This document shows, piece after piece, positions 28,751 to 43,024 of a DNA stretch of 64,000 nt (the first letter of the stretch is position 1; each line of letters starts with the position of its first letter). The position numbers were made by a program, and so were the translations under genes. This stretch comes from Lama guanicoe (lineage: Eukaryota): NCBI GenBank assembly GCA_013239625.1, contig MU054098.1:1209568-1273567 (forward strand), read 5' to 3'. Under the pieces are notes generated by a model that ran no database searches, was not told the origin of the DNA, and saw only the letters and a list, made by a program, of their open reading frames with translations.

Positions 28751-28992
28751 AGTTGACCATACTCATACGGTAGATTCTTCCTTTCACTTTGCCTTTGGAG
28801 ACTCAGTTTTCAAAGCTGCACTGAGTGAAGATACCATGGTTTAAAGTGAAAAGAGGAATAAAAATCAAGTATGGAAGAAGCAAGTTTTAGTAAACAGAGG
28901 GGTCAGTGACAATTACTTTCAACTCTTTTTTTTTTCCCTCATGGTTGATAATGCTTTTACCCTCACCCAAGAACTCTTTTCTGGGGCTGGAA

Positions 28993-29393
28993 TGGTTCTA
29001 TGGACTTAATGTTGCATCTCCCTCAAATTTATATGTTGAAACTGTAATCTCCAATGTGACAATATTTGGAGATAGGCCTTCTGGGAGGTAACCAGGTCAT
29101 GATCTGGGCTAGTGTCCTTTTAAGAAAAGGCATGAGAGAACGTCTCTCTCTCTTTCTCTTTCCCACATCTTGTTCTCCCCACTTCTTCATTGCCCCGGTC
29201 TCACCCTCTCCCATGTGAGGATATAACAAGATGGCCATCTGCAAACTAGGAAGAGGACTTTCATCAGACACCCGATCTGCCAGCACCTTGATCTTGGACA
29301 TCCCAGCCTCCACAACTGTGAGAAATAAATGTTTGCTATCTAAGCTACCCAGTCCATGGTAATTTGTTACAGCAGCGTGAACTGACTAAGACA
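28993..29393 (+). mobile_element. MaLR LTR (MLT1A-like)
   Basis: ctatggacttaatgttg...gatcttggacatcccagcctccacaactgtgagaaataaatg...gactaagaca. Confidence 0.85.
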
Positions 29394-31479
29394 GATAGGG
29401 ATATGCCTGCAATGGGCAAAATCTTCATTGATTAATGAAAGATGACACCACTCGTAACACAGTTGGTGATTATGCTACTTGCACAAAAAACTAAACCCAA
29501 GTCCTTTTAGCCAATCACTCACAATCTGTTACTTCGTAGTCTGGTAACTTTTTTTCTAATTTAAAAAGATAAAAATGTAAAATTCCAGTTGTACCCATGT
29601 GAAAAGGCTGATTGATAGTCAATGGAAGACAAATGATCCCTTTCTGAATATATTTTAGCACAGATCAGCAATCAAGTATAAGATTCTTTGCCACCAACTA
29701 TATTGCAGCAAATTATATCTTCAATAGCCTTTAAAAAGCTCCTTGATCTTTGTTCTTCTACCTCAGAAACCTTTATCAATGACAAATTCAGACTCTAGAA
29801 AGCCTTGATTTAGATTCTTCAGTCCCATTCTTCATTGCTATCATGCATTCTGAAGAATTTTAAAAGGTTATGAGTGAAAGAGAAATTTGTTCTGAAAACT
29901 CTGATGTAAAATATTTTTTGGTTATTAAATATAGCTAAGACCACTGGCATCAGACCAAATGGAATGTAGAAAATCTTTGATCAATATGCTTAAAATCTAA
30001 AATTAAGAATTCAGGGTTTCATGAATGACTCTAATATTCACAAGTTTTACAGGACAAGAAACATATCTAGCTGATACATAGTAATATTTAGTATTATTGG
30101 ACACTTTAATTCTAATGCTTTACTACCATGTTACTTGTGACATTCTTATTTTCCTTTCCAGGATCCAGGAGACTAAGAAAAAATCAGATCATTGTTTTGT
30201 AGGTGGAGTTATTAATTTTTAGTCTCAATTAACAAATTGATCATGGTCACATGAAAAATAAGAAAATAATTATTCCATCAGCCCTCCTTACTTCAGTATA
30301 TTTTTCTTCAGTAAGCATTTCCTAGATTTGAAGAAAAAATCTCCTTAAATCATATAGTTCCTAGGAACATGTCCCCTTTCCTGTGACTTAACCTCAGGAG
30401 GCTTAAGATGAGTCACATCAAATAAAATAATTTCTTCCTGAAAAACAAACTTAACATCACTACATTTCTTAGATTTCATGAAATTAACTTATCAGCTGCC
30501 CAATGCCCCAATGGAATCAGTCACCTAAGAGTTTGGGCAGCAAAAGCCTTTCTTTTACTATAAAATTTGCTTCTGATTACTCTTAATACCCTATTTTTGT
30601 TTCCAACTTAAGTAGGAAATTAGCAGTGAATACATTTGTAATTTAAAAATCCTACGAAACTGACTCTGAAAAGAACATTTTCAACATTTCTTAATGTTTT
30701 TTTAAAAATCTCAATGACCCTGAATATACTTAGCTTTTATCCATTTGCAAATTCCCTGGCTATATCTCTTCTATATGAATTAGCTTACAGTTCAAGTTTG
30801 ATTCATTTTTCTTCTTTAATGAGTTTAGAAAAGTTGGTTTTATCTTCTATAAGCTGAAAAATCTTAAGAAAAAATAAAAGAAGAAGAAATAAGAAGAAAT
30901 GAAAAAGATCCATATTAAAGCTTTACAGTGAAAAACTTTGAACTTATATCACCTAATAGAATACTGTGCATTTCAGTGATATAGTACTTCAGAGAATTCA
31001 GGCAAAACTTTCTGTTTCTGAGAACAGTGACCTCCTGTTTTCTATTTCTTATAGTAAATCACTGTACAATTTCTACAAAAACTAAACTTGGAACTCATAT
31101 TGATGAAATAAATGGCCAACATATTTGGGATCATCAGGCAATTTTAGTGACATTATTGCATAATGTACAGGGTATTAGTAATCAGGCTGGCTTGCTCAAA
31201 AAACCCTGTAACGGGCTTTGGAGGTTGTCATATTAATATTATAATTTCAAAGGACCAAAAAAGACATAGCACTGCATAGTTTCCTATATTTTGCTTATAT
31301 CCGACACCTCAAAGATATTTCACAAACTTAGTATCCTAGCAAAGACTGCTTTGGGAACAGAAAATTACCTACAGGACTCACAGACATAAAAATAATGTAT
31401 ATTAGAGCTGGGAAAAGGATGCTAACACAGATTTTACTACATCAATATCAACTGTAGTTTTCGAATGTTTTCTACACTT

Positions 31480-31887
31480 TGTGAGGTTAATTTTATGTGT
31501 CAACTCACCTGGGCCAAAAGGCGTCCAGATATTTGGCTAAACATTATTTCTGGGTATGTCATTTGAAGGTGTTTCCTGATGAGACTAACATTTGAATTGA
31601 TAGACTGAGTAAAGCAGATTGCCTTCCCCTAAGTGGGTGGGCCTCATCAACCAATGAAGGCCTAAATTGAATAAAAGTCTGAGTAAGAAAGAATTGTCCC
31701 TCTGCCTGTCTTTGAATTGGGATATCAATCTTCTTCTGTCTCCAGACCTGGACATGGACTGGAATCTACACCATTAGCTCTCCTGCTTCTCAGGCTTTTG
31801 GACTCAGACTGGAACTATACCATTGGCTCTCATGGGTCTGGACTTCTCAGCCCCCATAACTGAGTGAGCCAAACTTTATAATAAATC
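31480..31887 (+). mobile_element. MLT2 (ERVL) LTR, 3' end cut by an L1
   Basis: tgtgaggttaattttatgtgtcaact...gactgagtaaagcagattgcc...gtgagccaa. Confidence 0.85.
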
Positions 31888-33696
31888 AAATGCATATTTT
31901 CTCAACATAGAAACACCATATATGACAAGCCCAAAGCTGACACCTGACTCGACAGTGAAAGGTTAAAAGCATTTATTCTAAAAATAGGAAAAGGACAAGG
32001 GTGCCCACTCTCACCACTCCTGTATAACATAGTACTGGAAGCACTAGCTAGAGAAATCATGCAAGAAGAAAAATAAAACGTATCAGAATTGGAAAAGAAG
32101 AAGTAAAACTGTCTCTATTTGCAGACATTTTATATATAGAAAATCCTAAAGACTAAAAAAAAACCTATTAAGATCTAACCTAAAAATTCAGTAAAGTTGC
32201 AGAATGCAAAATTAATGTACAAAAATCAGTAGCATTTCTATACACTAAGAATGAATTATCTCAAAAAAATAAAGATAATGATCTCATTTACAATAGCATC
32301 AACATCAATAAAATACTTAGCAATAAATTTAACCAAGGAGGTGAAAGATCTCTACACTGAAAACTATAAGCATTGATGAAAGATACTGAAGAAGACATAA
32401 ATAAATGGAAAGACAACTTGTGTTTATGGATTGGAGGAATTAATATTGTTAAAATGTCTATACCATCCAAAGCCATCTATAGATTTAATGCGATCCCTAT
32501 CAAGATTCCAATGGCATCTTTTACAGAAATAGAAAAAAATCCTAACATTTACATGGAACCATGAAAGAACTCAAACAGCCAAAGTAATCCTGAGAAAGAA
32601 CAAAGCAAGAGGCATCATCCTTCCTGATTTCAAGCTATATCATAAAGCTATAGTAATCAAGAGTATGGTGATGGCATAAAAACAAACACATAGACCAATG
32701 AAACAAAATCAAGAACCCAGAAATAAATTCATGTATATATAGTCAACTAATATTTGACAAGAGAGCCAAGAAAACTCAATGGAGAAAAGACAATCTCTTC
32801 AATAAACAGTGCTGGGAAAATTAGATATTTACATGTAAGACAAAACAAAAAAACTATCTTACACCTATCTTACACCACTCATAAAAATAATTCAAAATAG
32901 ATTAAAGAAGTAAATTTAAGACTGGAAACAATAAAAATTCTAGGAAAAATAAAGGGAAAAAGCTTCTTGACATAGGTCTTAGCAGTGATTTTTCAGATAT
33001 GGCACCTAAAGCACAATCAACAAAATTTTAAAAAAAGCAAGTGGGGCAATATCAAATTTAAAAGTTTCTCAAAAAAAATCAATAAAATGAAAAGATAACC
33101 TATGGAATGGGAAATATATTTTAAAACCATATATCTGATACAAGGTTGATATACAAAATACATAAAGAAGTCATCCTACTCCATAGCTAAAAAGCAAATA
33201 ATCCAATTAAAAATTAATCAAAGGACCTGAATAGACATTTTTACAAAGAAAATATACAAATGACCAACAGGTACTTGAAAAGATGTTCAACATCACTAAT
33301 CATCAGGGAAATGCAAATCAAAACCACAATGAGCGATCACTTCACACCTGTTAGAATGGCTATTATCAAAAAAAAAAAAGAGAGATACCAAATGTTGGCA
33401 AAGATGTAGAGAAAAGGGAACACTTGTGCACTACTGGTGAGATTACAAGGTGGTACGGCCACTATAGAAAACAGTATGGAGGTTCCCCCCAAAAATTAAA
33501 AATAGGACTACCATATGACCTCACAATTTCACTTCTGGGAATATATCAGAAGGAGGTGAAACATGATGTGAAAGAGATATATGTACTCCCATATTCATGG
33601 CAGCATTGTTTACAATAGCCAAGACATGTAAACATTGATGAATGAATAAAGAAAATGTGTTGTGTATGTATGTATGTGTGTGTTTGTGTGTGTATA

Positions 33697-33734
<38 letters not shown>

Positions 33735-34175
33735 CATATATATATACAGAATATTATTCAGCCATAAAAAGGAGGAAATCCTGCCATTTGTGAGAACACT
33801 GTTAGACCTTAAGGACATTTTGCTAAGTGAAATAAGTCAGACAGAGAAAGCCAAATTCTGTATAATCTCACTAATATGTGAAATCTAAACAAATCTACTT
33901 CACAGAAACAAAGAGAATAGTAGTTAACGAAGGGCTAGGGAGTAAGGGAAATGGGGAGATATTGGTCAAAGGGTACCAACTTCCAGTTAGAAGATGAAGT
34001 TCTGGTATATAGTGTACTGTATGGTGACTAGTTAACAAAACTGTATTATTATAGTTGAAAGTTGCTAAGGGAGTAAATCTTAACTATTCTCATCATAGGA
34101 AAAAAAGGGAAACTATGTGAGGAGGTGATGAAGGTGTTAACTAACACTATTGTGGTAATCACTGAAATAAACATG
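31888..34175 (+). mobile_element. L1 (L1MA/MB-like) ORF2 3' part and 3'UTR; terminal ~470 bp repeated at 36453-36923
   Basis: ORF2 remnant [28 protein letters not shown] and typical L1 3'UTR; internal (TG)n(TA)n tract at ~33657-33746. Confidence 0.92.
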
Positions 34176-36451
34176 AGCAAATGGAATTCAGCATTGCACA
34201 CCCAGTGAATCAATAAATGAAGTATCAGTTGTAAGATACAGTGGTTCACATTCACCTCTGTGAAAATAGCACGTAACAGGAAGCCAATAGGCCCTGACAT
34301 TCTGAGACAGGCAACTTGGGACAGAAGTGCAGAGAGACTTGACTTTGTCTGGATAGATAATAACAGTATCAGGCCTCAGTGTCTTGTACAGGATGGGGTT
34401 AATTCCTCCGAGAATCAACAGTTAACATAAAAAGGAAGTAAGTATTGTAAGTTGTACTGTCTCATTTCTATTTGTTCTTTCTGCTACCAAATTCACTGAA
34501 ATCATAAAGGACATCTTGAAGTCTTCTGGCAAATATATTCTCTGCTAAGCCCACGATCAGGATAGTATTGAAATATACTATCAAAGAAGGAAGCAGCATC
34601 TCCTGGAGGCAAGAGAGATGCCAAACTGAAGACCCTTATTTGAAATATCCTCAATCAGTAATTATCATCACTGGAGCATCTGCAACCACATTTCCAATTG
34701 TGAGTTTGCAAAGACTTTCTTCCAAGCAAAAGCACCAAGAATTCATCTGATTTGCAGCACTGCTTTGTAACTGCATTATTCACAAAGTACTCATATTTTC
34801 CACAGTCAGACTTTACTTTTATCTTTTAGTACCTACTAGGACTTAGTTTCCTCCAGTAGCTCAGTGAATATACAGAAGAAGATTGGAAGCACCTCAATTT
34901 ATCACTTGCTTAAGTTCTTCTCCATTCTAACCTTGCCCCATCCCTCCAAAATGAGGAAAAATACATTCCTAAAGTTTAAGATAAAATCACTTCAGATTCC
35001 CTTTATACGCTCTTATTTTCCTGGAAATACCCTGGGGACTCTACTGACAAGCCTTTTCTTTAAACAACCTGTCTCCCAAATTACATATGCTTTAGATTCT
35101 AATTCCTGATTTATCTGAATTGTTTTTTTTTTCCAGAATGCTTTTAAGTCTTGCCTTTGCAGCAAGAAATGGATATATCTCTGTGAGAGGACCATATTGT
35201 AACTTAGCATCGAAGGCATTAGCTACATAAACTTTTTATTGGTATTGTGATCTTGACAACCTTGTGACTGCCAAATTTTTTGGCAGAGGCTATTTTTAAA
35301 TGATTTTATGGAATGTATTTTTATCAACTTTTGATACACTGAAATGAGTCAACTTTCATATGACACTGCTGACTATTTATTAGGGGAATGTCTGGAAATA
35401 CCTTGCCTTGTACCCTTGGAACAGGATAGATCTCATATACTTCACTATCCAAAGAATAATCTAGATACCAGGTGATGTCAAGTGCTCCAACAGTTCCTTG
35501 ATTTCATTCAAATGGACTTCAAAAGGTATTTCCCTTAAGATGGCTTTCCGTTTTGCATTTTACTACACATACTTGGATCTGTGAGCAGAGAATTACTGCA
35601 ACCTTTTGCATTTCAGAGCTTTTTCAATGCCTGAATTGATTGCTGGATCTTTTGCAACATGCATTTTCTGTGCACTGCTGACCTTACTGTCAAAACTGTG
35701 TTATGGATAGCAATTCTATTTGTTCAGCTCAGTAATGCTGCTATTTTAAGCAGGCATGCTCACCACCTTTAAAAAGATACCAATGAGTTATATTGATGGT
35801 ACAAAAAAATGTTACTACACAGCTCATTATATTTCCTTTGCTATTTACTAGGTCTATTTTTAGTTTGGTTGTTCAAACTAGTAAACATAACAATAAAAAC
35901 TAATTTCACTCTTCTGACACTCTGCATGAAAATGAGTTATTAATTTAGCATGGGATGATGCATGACACTTGGTAGATTACTGAGAGATCTGGGTTTTAAT
36001 CCTGCCTCAGACACTAAAGAGCTTGTGACCCTAGGTAAGTCTTTCTCATCCTCTAAGCCATGCTTTCCTCATCTCAGACTACAGTGTAGTTTATTAAGAG
36101 GCATGGGCTATGAACCCATCTCCATAGATTGAAATCCTGACTCTGCTATTTACCACATGTATGACCATCACTACCAATTAAGTAAGATACTTACACGTGC
36201 CACAGTAGAGACAGATAATAGTATTACCTTACAGGGTTGCTGGGTGGATTAAGTGAGTTTAAGACAATGAAAGTTGAACAATGTTTGGCACTTATAAAGT
36301 GTTCACCAAATGTTAGATAAGCTATAGTTGAAAATTAGGCTATTGGACGAGATAAGATTTGTTAAGATCTTCCAGTTCCACAATTCTGTTTCTGTGATTG
36401 TGTATTATAAGCTCCTTAAGAACAGGGTCCGTGTGAAATTATTCTCCCAGA

Positions 36452-36482
<31 letters not shown>

Positions 36483-39199
36483 CATATATATATACAGAAT
36501 ATTATTCAGCCATAAAAAGGAGGAAATCCTGCCATTTGTGAGAACACTGTTAGACCTTAAGGACATTTTGCTAAGTGAAATAAGTCAGACAGAGAAAGCC
36601 AAATTCTGTATAATCTCACTAATATGTGAAATCTAAACAAATCTACTTCACAGAAACAAAGAGAATAGTAGTTAACGAAGGGCTAGGGAGTAAGGGAAAT
36701 GGGGAGATATTGGTCAAAGGGTACCAACTTCCAGTTAGAAGATGAAGTTCTGGTATATAGTGTACTGTATGGTGACTAGTTAACAAAACTGTATTATTAT
36801 AGTTGAAAGTTGCTAAGGGAGTAAATCTTAACTATTCTCATCATAGGAAAAAAAGGGAAACTATGTGAGGAGGTGATGAAGGTGTTAACTAACACTATTG
36901 TGGTAATCACTGAAATAAACATGAGCAAATGGAATTCAGCATTGCACACCCAGTGAATCAATAAATGAAGTATCAGTTGTAAGATACAGTGGTTCACATT
37001 CACCTCTGTGAAAATAGCACGTAACAGGAAGCCAATAGGCCCTGACATTCTGAGACAGGCAACTTGGGACAGAAGTGCAGAGAGACTTGACTTTGTCTGG
37101 ATAGATAATAACAGTATCAGGCCTCAGTGTCTTGTACAGGATGGGGTTAATTCCTCCGAGAATCAACAGTTAACATAAAAAGGAAGTAAGTATTGTAAGT
37201 TGTACTGTCTCATTTCTATTTGTTCTTTCTGCTACCAAATTCACTGAAATCATAAAGGACATCTTGAAGTCTTCTGGCAAATATATTCTCTGCTAAGCCC
37301 ACGATCAGGATAGTATTGAAATATACTATCAAAGAAGGAAGCAGCATCTCCTGGAGGCAAGAGAGATGCCAAACTGAAGACCCTTATTTGAAATATCCTC
37401 AATCAGTAATTATCATCACTGGAGCATCTGCAACCACATTTCCAATTGTGAGTTTGCAAAGACTTTCTTCCAAGCAAAAGCACCAAGAATTCATCTGATT
37501 TGCAGCACTGCTTTGTAACTGCATTATTCACAAAGTACTCATATTTTCCACAGTCAGACTTTACTTTTATCTTTTAGTACCTACTAGGACTTAGTTTCCT
37601 CCAGTAGCTCAGTGAATATACAGAAGAAGATTGGAAGCACCTCAATTTATCACTTGCTTAAGTTCTTCTCCATTCTAACCTTGCCCCATCCCTCCAAAAT
37701 GAGGAAAAATACATTCCTAAAGTTTAAGATAAAATCACTTCAGATTCCCTTTATACGCTCTTATTTTCCTGGAAATACCCTGGGGACTCTACTGACAAGC
37801 CTTTTCTTTAAACAACCTGTCTCCCAAATTACATATGCTTTAGATTCTAATTCCTGATTTATCTGAATTGTTTTTTTTTTCCAGAATGCTTTTAAGTCTT
37901 GCCTTTGCAGCAAGAAATGGATATATCTCTGTGAGAGGACCATATTGTAACTTAGCATCGAAGGCATTAGCTACATAAACTTTTTATTGGTATTGTGATC
38001 TTGACAACCTTGTGACTGCCAAATTTTTTGGCAGAGGCTATTTTTAAATGATTTTATGGAATGTATTTTTATCAACTTTTGATACACTGAAATGAGTCAA
38101 CTTTCATATGACACTGCTGACTATTTATTAGGGGAATGTCTGGAAATACCTTGCCTTGTACCCTTGGAACAGGATAGATCTCATATACTTCACTATCCAA
38201 AGAATAATCTAGATACCAGGTGATGTCAAGTGCTCCAACAGTTCCTTGATTTCATTCAAATGGACTTCAAAAGGTATTTCCCTTAAGATGGCTTTCCGTT
38301 TTGCATTTTACTACACATACTTGGATCTGTGAGCAGAGAATTACTGCAACCTTTTGCATTTCAGAGCTTTTTCAATGCCTGAATTGATTGCTGGATCTTT
38401 TGCAACATGCATTTTCTGTGCACTGCTGACCTTACTGTCAAAACTGTGTTATGGATAGCAATTCTATTTGTTCAGCTCAGTAATGCTGCTATTTTAAGCA
38501 GGCATGCTCACCACCTTTAAAAAGATACCAATGAGTTATATTGATGGTACAAAAAAATGTTACTACACAGCTCATTATATTTCCTTTGCTATTTACTAGG
38601 TCTATTTTTAGTTTGGTTGTTCAAACTAGTAAACATAACAATAAAAACTAATTTCACTCTTCTGACACTCTGCATGAAAATGAGTTATTAATTTAGCATG
38701 GGATGATGCATGACACTTGGTAGATTACTGAGAGATCTGGGTTTTAATCCTGCCTCAGACACTAAAGAGCTTGTGACCCTAGGTAAGTCTTTCTCATCCT
38801 CTAAGCCATGCTTTCCTCATCTCAGACTACAGTGTAGTTTATTAAGAGGCATGGGCTATGAACCCATCTCCATAGATTGAAATCCTGACTCTGCTATTTA
38901 CCACATGTATGACCATCACTACCAATTAAGTAAGATACTTACACGTGCCACAGTAGAGACAGATAATAGTATTACCTTACAGGGTTGCTGGGTGGATTAA
39001 GTGAGTTTAAGACAATGAAAGTTGAACAATGTTTGGCACTTATAAAGTGTTCACCAAATGTTAGATAAGCTATAGTTGAAAATTAGGCTATTGGACGAGA
39101 TAAGATTTGTTAAGATCTTCCAGTTCCACAATTCTGTTTCTGTGATTGTGTATTATAAGCTCCTTAAGAACAGGGTCCGTGTGAAATTATTCTCCCAGA
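33705..39199. repeat. Direct tandem duplication, period 2748 bp (copy 1 33705-36451, copy 2 36453-39199)
   Basis: Identical ORFs recur at +2748 (34049/36797, 34568/37316, 34864/37612, 35013/37761). No differences seen by eye. One extra A at the junction (36452). Confidence 0.97.
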
Positions 39200-40721
39200 G
39201 TATTAAGCACAGCATTTTCCACATAATGCATGCTCAAAAATGCCTGATGAATTAAACAAAACAAAGTAAGAGAAAAACTTACATTAAAGCAAGAAAAAAC
39301 ATTGTTATCTACTATTGCCAGGTAATTTTCCCCTATTGGTCTTTCTAAGGTATATACAGACTTTTTAAGAAGTTTTTAAAAATATCACTACCCATTAAGA
39401 AAACCTATTTTAATTTGTTGACCGATTTTCAAATTTCATATTCCAAGATGGAAACTGATATTCTGTCATAAATGGAAGTTAGACTATCAGAGAAAGCAGG
39501 GCACTTTTACAATCTAGTGATAAGCACATTTCCTAACCCACTTAGGCAGTTCAAAATTGAAAGCAAAGTACATTTAGAAAACAATATACAGTGTCAATAG
39601 CTGGTAAGTCTGACATTTAAAACTCTTATCATTCACAGCCTCCTCCTGTGGATATGAAATTCCTTTGCGTTCTTTTAAAAATGTAAAGCCTCTGTTCTTG
39701 TAAGCGAACTGAAGCCATGCAAAATGAGAGTGAAAAGAAAGAAATTGATAAGATAAAAATTGTTGAAGAAAGTTGAATACCAAGCCTTCCTTTCTCTGTT
39801 CTCCCATCATAACTAATATATATATATCAAGGTCATTACTACATATATTATAATGACCTATGTATGTCATTTTCTCTCTAATGGACTATGAGTTTTTGGA
39901 ACATATACTATGTTATTGATCTTTGTATCCCCAGTGTTTACTTCCTTTCCTGATAGATAGTAGGTGCCCAATAAATGTCTGTGGAATATATCATTGAACA
40001 GATACACCGAAAAAGAAAAACGAAAAAAAAAAAAACACCATTTCCTTTTGTGTCTCTCAGAGGTAAGAAATCCCAAGTGAAAGTTTCTTTTTAGGTATTT
40101 GTTCTGTTGTTTCCTATTTAATAATTATTTAAATATCACCAGAAGGAGAATGGATAGGTAGCTAGTAGTTAGTATGGGTTCTCAGGATTGGAAAAGAAAT
40201 TTTGATAACAGGTTTTCAGGTTGGAGCTATCAAAGTGGCTGACTGAATTCCTGATTTAAAAGAAGAGCTGGGTGCTGGGACACGAGGGCTTGCACATCCA
40301 GGTCAAGAATGGACAGCTGGTGACTTGTTTCTGATGCTTCCTGACTGAAGTCTAATGAAATGATTGATATTCTTGAATTATAAGAGGTTTTTTCCTCATC
40401 CTAATATTTTTAATCTTTCACACTTTACATCTGATTAGATACATGCACTTTCCTTTAGAAAATCACAAGTCAATAAAAGAACTAAATCAGATGGGTAGTT
40501 GTATCCCCCCAAATGAGATAACTGTCTTGCAAAAATTTATCATTTTAAAGTTATATTGTGAAACCATGACACACTAACTGAAATAAAGGGAGAGTCCCCA
40601 TGGTACTTCTGATTAAAAGATATTAAATTCCTTCATTAGTGGCACTGCTATATTCTAATATTTAAAAATACATTTCGGTTCATTTTCTGGCTGAGGGACA
40701 AATTTACAGAGAAGACCTCAC

Positions 40722-40822
40722 CTTTGGCTTCTTGCAGTTTTGTTTGCTTTTCATAATCTCCAGCTATATTGACAAACTAGGCCCTATCATTCTCTGTTGC
40801 CTGGCTACCATCTCAGCACTAT
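40722..40822 (-). ncRNA. Candidate non-coding exon (101 nt)
   Basis: Minus strand reads gctaattttctctctag|ATAGTG...GCCAAAG|gtgagg, with stops in all three frames. Motif evidence only. Confidence 0.3.
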
Positions 40823-41329
40823 CTAGAGAGAAAATTAGCTTAATAATCAGGTACTTTAGAAAAGCTGAGTAGTGTACTTCATTAGGGATGACACATGGAC
40901 AGAAGAAAGTTCTTAAATATACAAAGTACATTTCACAAAGTAAGTGCAAGCTTTATTTAGCCCAATTCAAGTGATGTTGAAGTTCCAGGGACAAATATCA
41001 AGTATGAAGTGCTTGCAGATGGCTTCTGAGTATCCACAAAAAGGACATGTAGATTAAACAGTTCAAAAATCATGCATCAAAGAAAAAAAAAGGGCCACCT
41101 TAAAACTTGGGTAGTGGTAGGAGTGGTCTGTGTGGGATGCTATAAGGTAAAAATGAAAAAACAGACTAGACATTAGCCAAGATCTTAATCCACAGAGGCA
41201 CATACTCGCTGTGTGGTGTTGGGAAAATTATTAATTTCTCTGAGCCTTAGTTTTCTTATCAGTTAAATAGTAACAATCAGATATAGGATTTTTATAACAA
41301 AATATGGTATCTTAGTTCTAAATCTTCCC

Positions 41330-42575
41330 CTACCCAGCCCATTTCCTTGAAATGAGACAAAGCAAAAAAGATAATGGAGGAAAAAAACCCTGTAAACTAT
41401 ATTTTCAGTGAATCCAGGAGAAGAAACATGTGAAGCGCCCCCAAAAATAAATAAATAAATTCTGCAAAAAGCAGCTGAAACCAGTAGAACCTTGTAGGAA
41501 ACCCCATAAGAAAGAGTTGCAGGGAAAATGGGACTGTAAGGTGTCCTGGAGATGACAGATCTCAAAAAGTAGTCAGTATGTATTTATTGCATAATTAGAA
41601 ACACAGAGGCTACAAGTGTAACTGAAACACACTAAAATTAGAAGACTTTAATGCATCATGAGGTAAATTTGATGGCTATATACTAAACTAGGCAGTTCAA
41701 TAATACAGAGTGTACCTTCTTTTCAATTGCCCACAGATGCTCCAAGAAAACTGACCCTATATTTTTTCACAGAGAGATCATAAATAAACTCTTAAAGGAT
41801 ACAAATGATACAGATATCCTCCTAAGATACCACAAAATCAGAAATTAAAAGCAAAGTCAGAAAAGAGAAGACTTCTCTTCCACCTATAAATTGATACACA
41901 CATCTCTCTCTAACAGAATACTTAGGTCAAAGAAAAAGCACAAACAATAAAGTACAGACATTCAAGAAAATAGTGTAAATAAAAGCTGTATTTAAAAACC
42001 TATGCAATACAGCTAAAATAGAGACTGGAGAAAATTCAGAGCTTTAAATACTATATAAAATAAAGAAGAAAGCATGAAATATACTGCAAAAAGTTAAAAT
42101 ATAAAAAACAACAAAATAAATAAGAAAAATCTCTTAATGTAATTCAGTATCAGTCAGTTTAAAGAGAGAAGAGGTTAGATGATCATTTTCATAGAAAGGA
42201 GAAAGCTGACAAAATTCAATACCATTTCTGAATTTTAAAAGAAAAAAACTAAATAAAGTAGGAATTGATGGTTACTTCCTTACTGTAATTTTATATGGCC
42301 ACAGCTGAAAGGCAAGCTTCATCCTCAAAGTACACTAAAAGTCATTCTCACCTAAGTCCAAGGCTAGAATGCACATCACTATCGCATCACAATAAACCTT
42401 GCACTAAAATCACTACCCAACACAAATAAATTCAACTACTAGATCGGAAATAGGAAATTCTGAAACAAATAGATGAAAATGTCACCATTATTAATTCTTT
42501 TTCCCACCGTGGGACTTGAGAGTTGATCCTAAACTTCATACGGAAAAATTAAACCAGTAAGAATAGTCGAACCTT
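41330..42575 (+). mobile_element. Old L1 (L1M/ME) ORF2 fragments
   Basis: cagagtgtaccttcttttca, aaaacctatgcaatacagctaaaata, gacaaaattcaatacc, gttgatcctaaacttcatacggaaa. Confidence 0.65.
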
Positions 42576-42579
42576 GGGA

Positions 42580-42790
42580 GCCACGTGGATGTGAGTCCGC
42601 GCCAGCGCTCGGTGCACGGCGCTCCGTGGCTGCCCACAGCGGCTCAGCCGGCCGGTCCTGAACCGCTACCGTGGCTCCTCCCGGAACCGTGTCAAGCTGG
42701 TGGCGCAAATGGCGCAGGAGATACCCGCCAACTACCGCGGCGTCAGCAGGGGCCACGTGGGGGCGCTGATAAACTTTGCAGGGGCACTGC
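42580..42790. promoter_or_regulatory. Small orphan CpG island, promoter-like
   Basis: About 23 CpGs in ~200 bp against a CpG-depleted background; CCACGTGG at 42581 and 42753; CCCGCCAA at 42724; TGGCGCA at 42701 and 42710. Confidence 0.55.
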
Positions 42791-43024
42791 TGAGAGACCC
42801 CAGCCAGGAAGCAACAGGTACCTGAAGCAGGGAAACGGACTGCAACCAAAGAAATGGGAAATCAGTGTTGGCGTACATGCCAGTGGCTGGTGGCCTTTCT
42901 GGGTGCCTGGCTGGAGGTGAAGTAGGTGGCTGGGATGGCTTTTGTATCTTGATACCCTCCTACCATCGCTTTGGGAAAAAAACTACTGTCTAAAGCTTTA
43001 CTGTAATGCTATATAGCAACATTT

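Noticed and set aside
42529..42920. 106-aa and 111-aa ORFs over the CpG island
   Set aside because: Expected from high GC content; no recognisable protein family.
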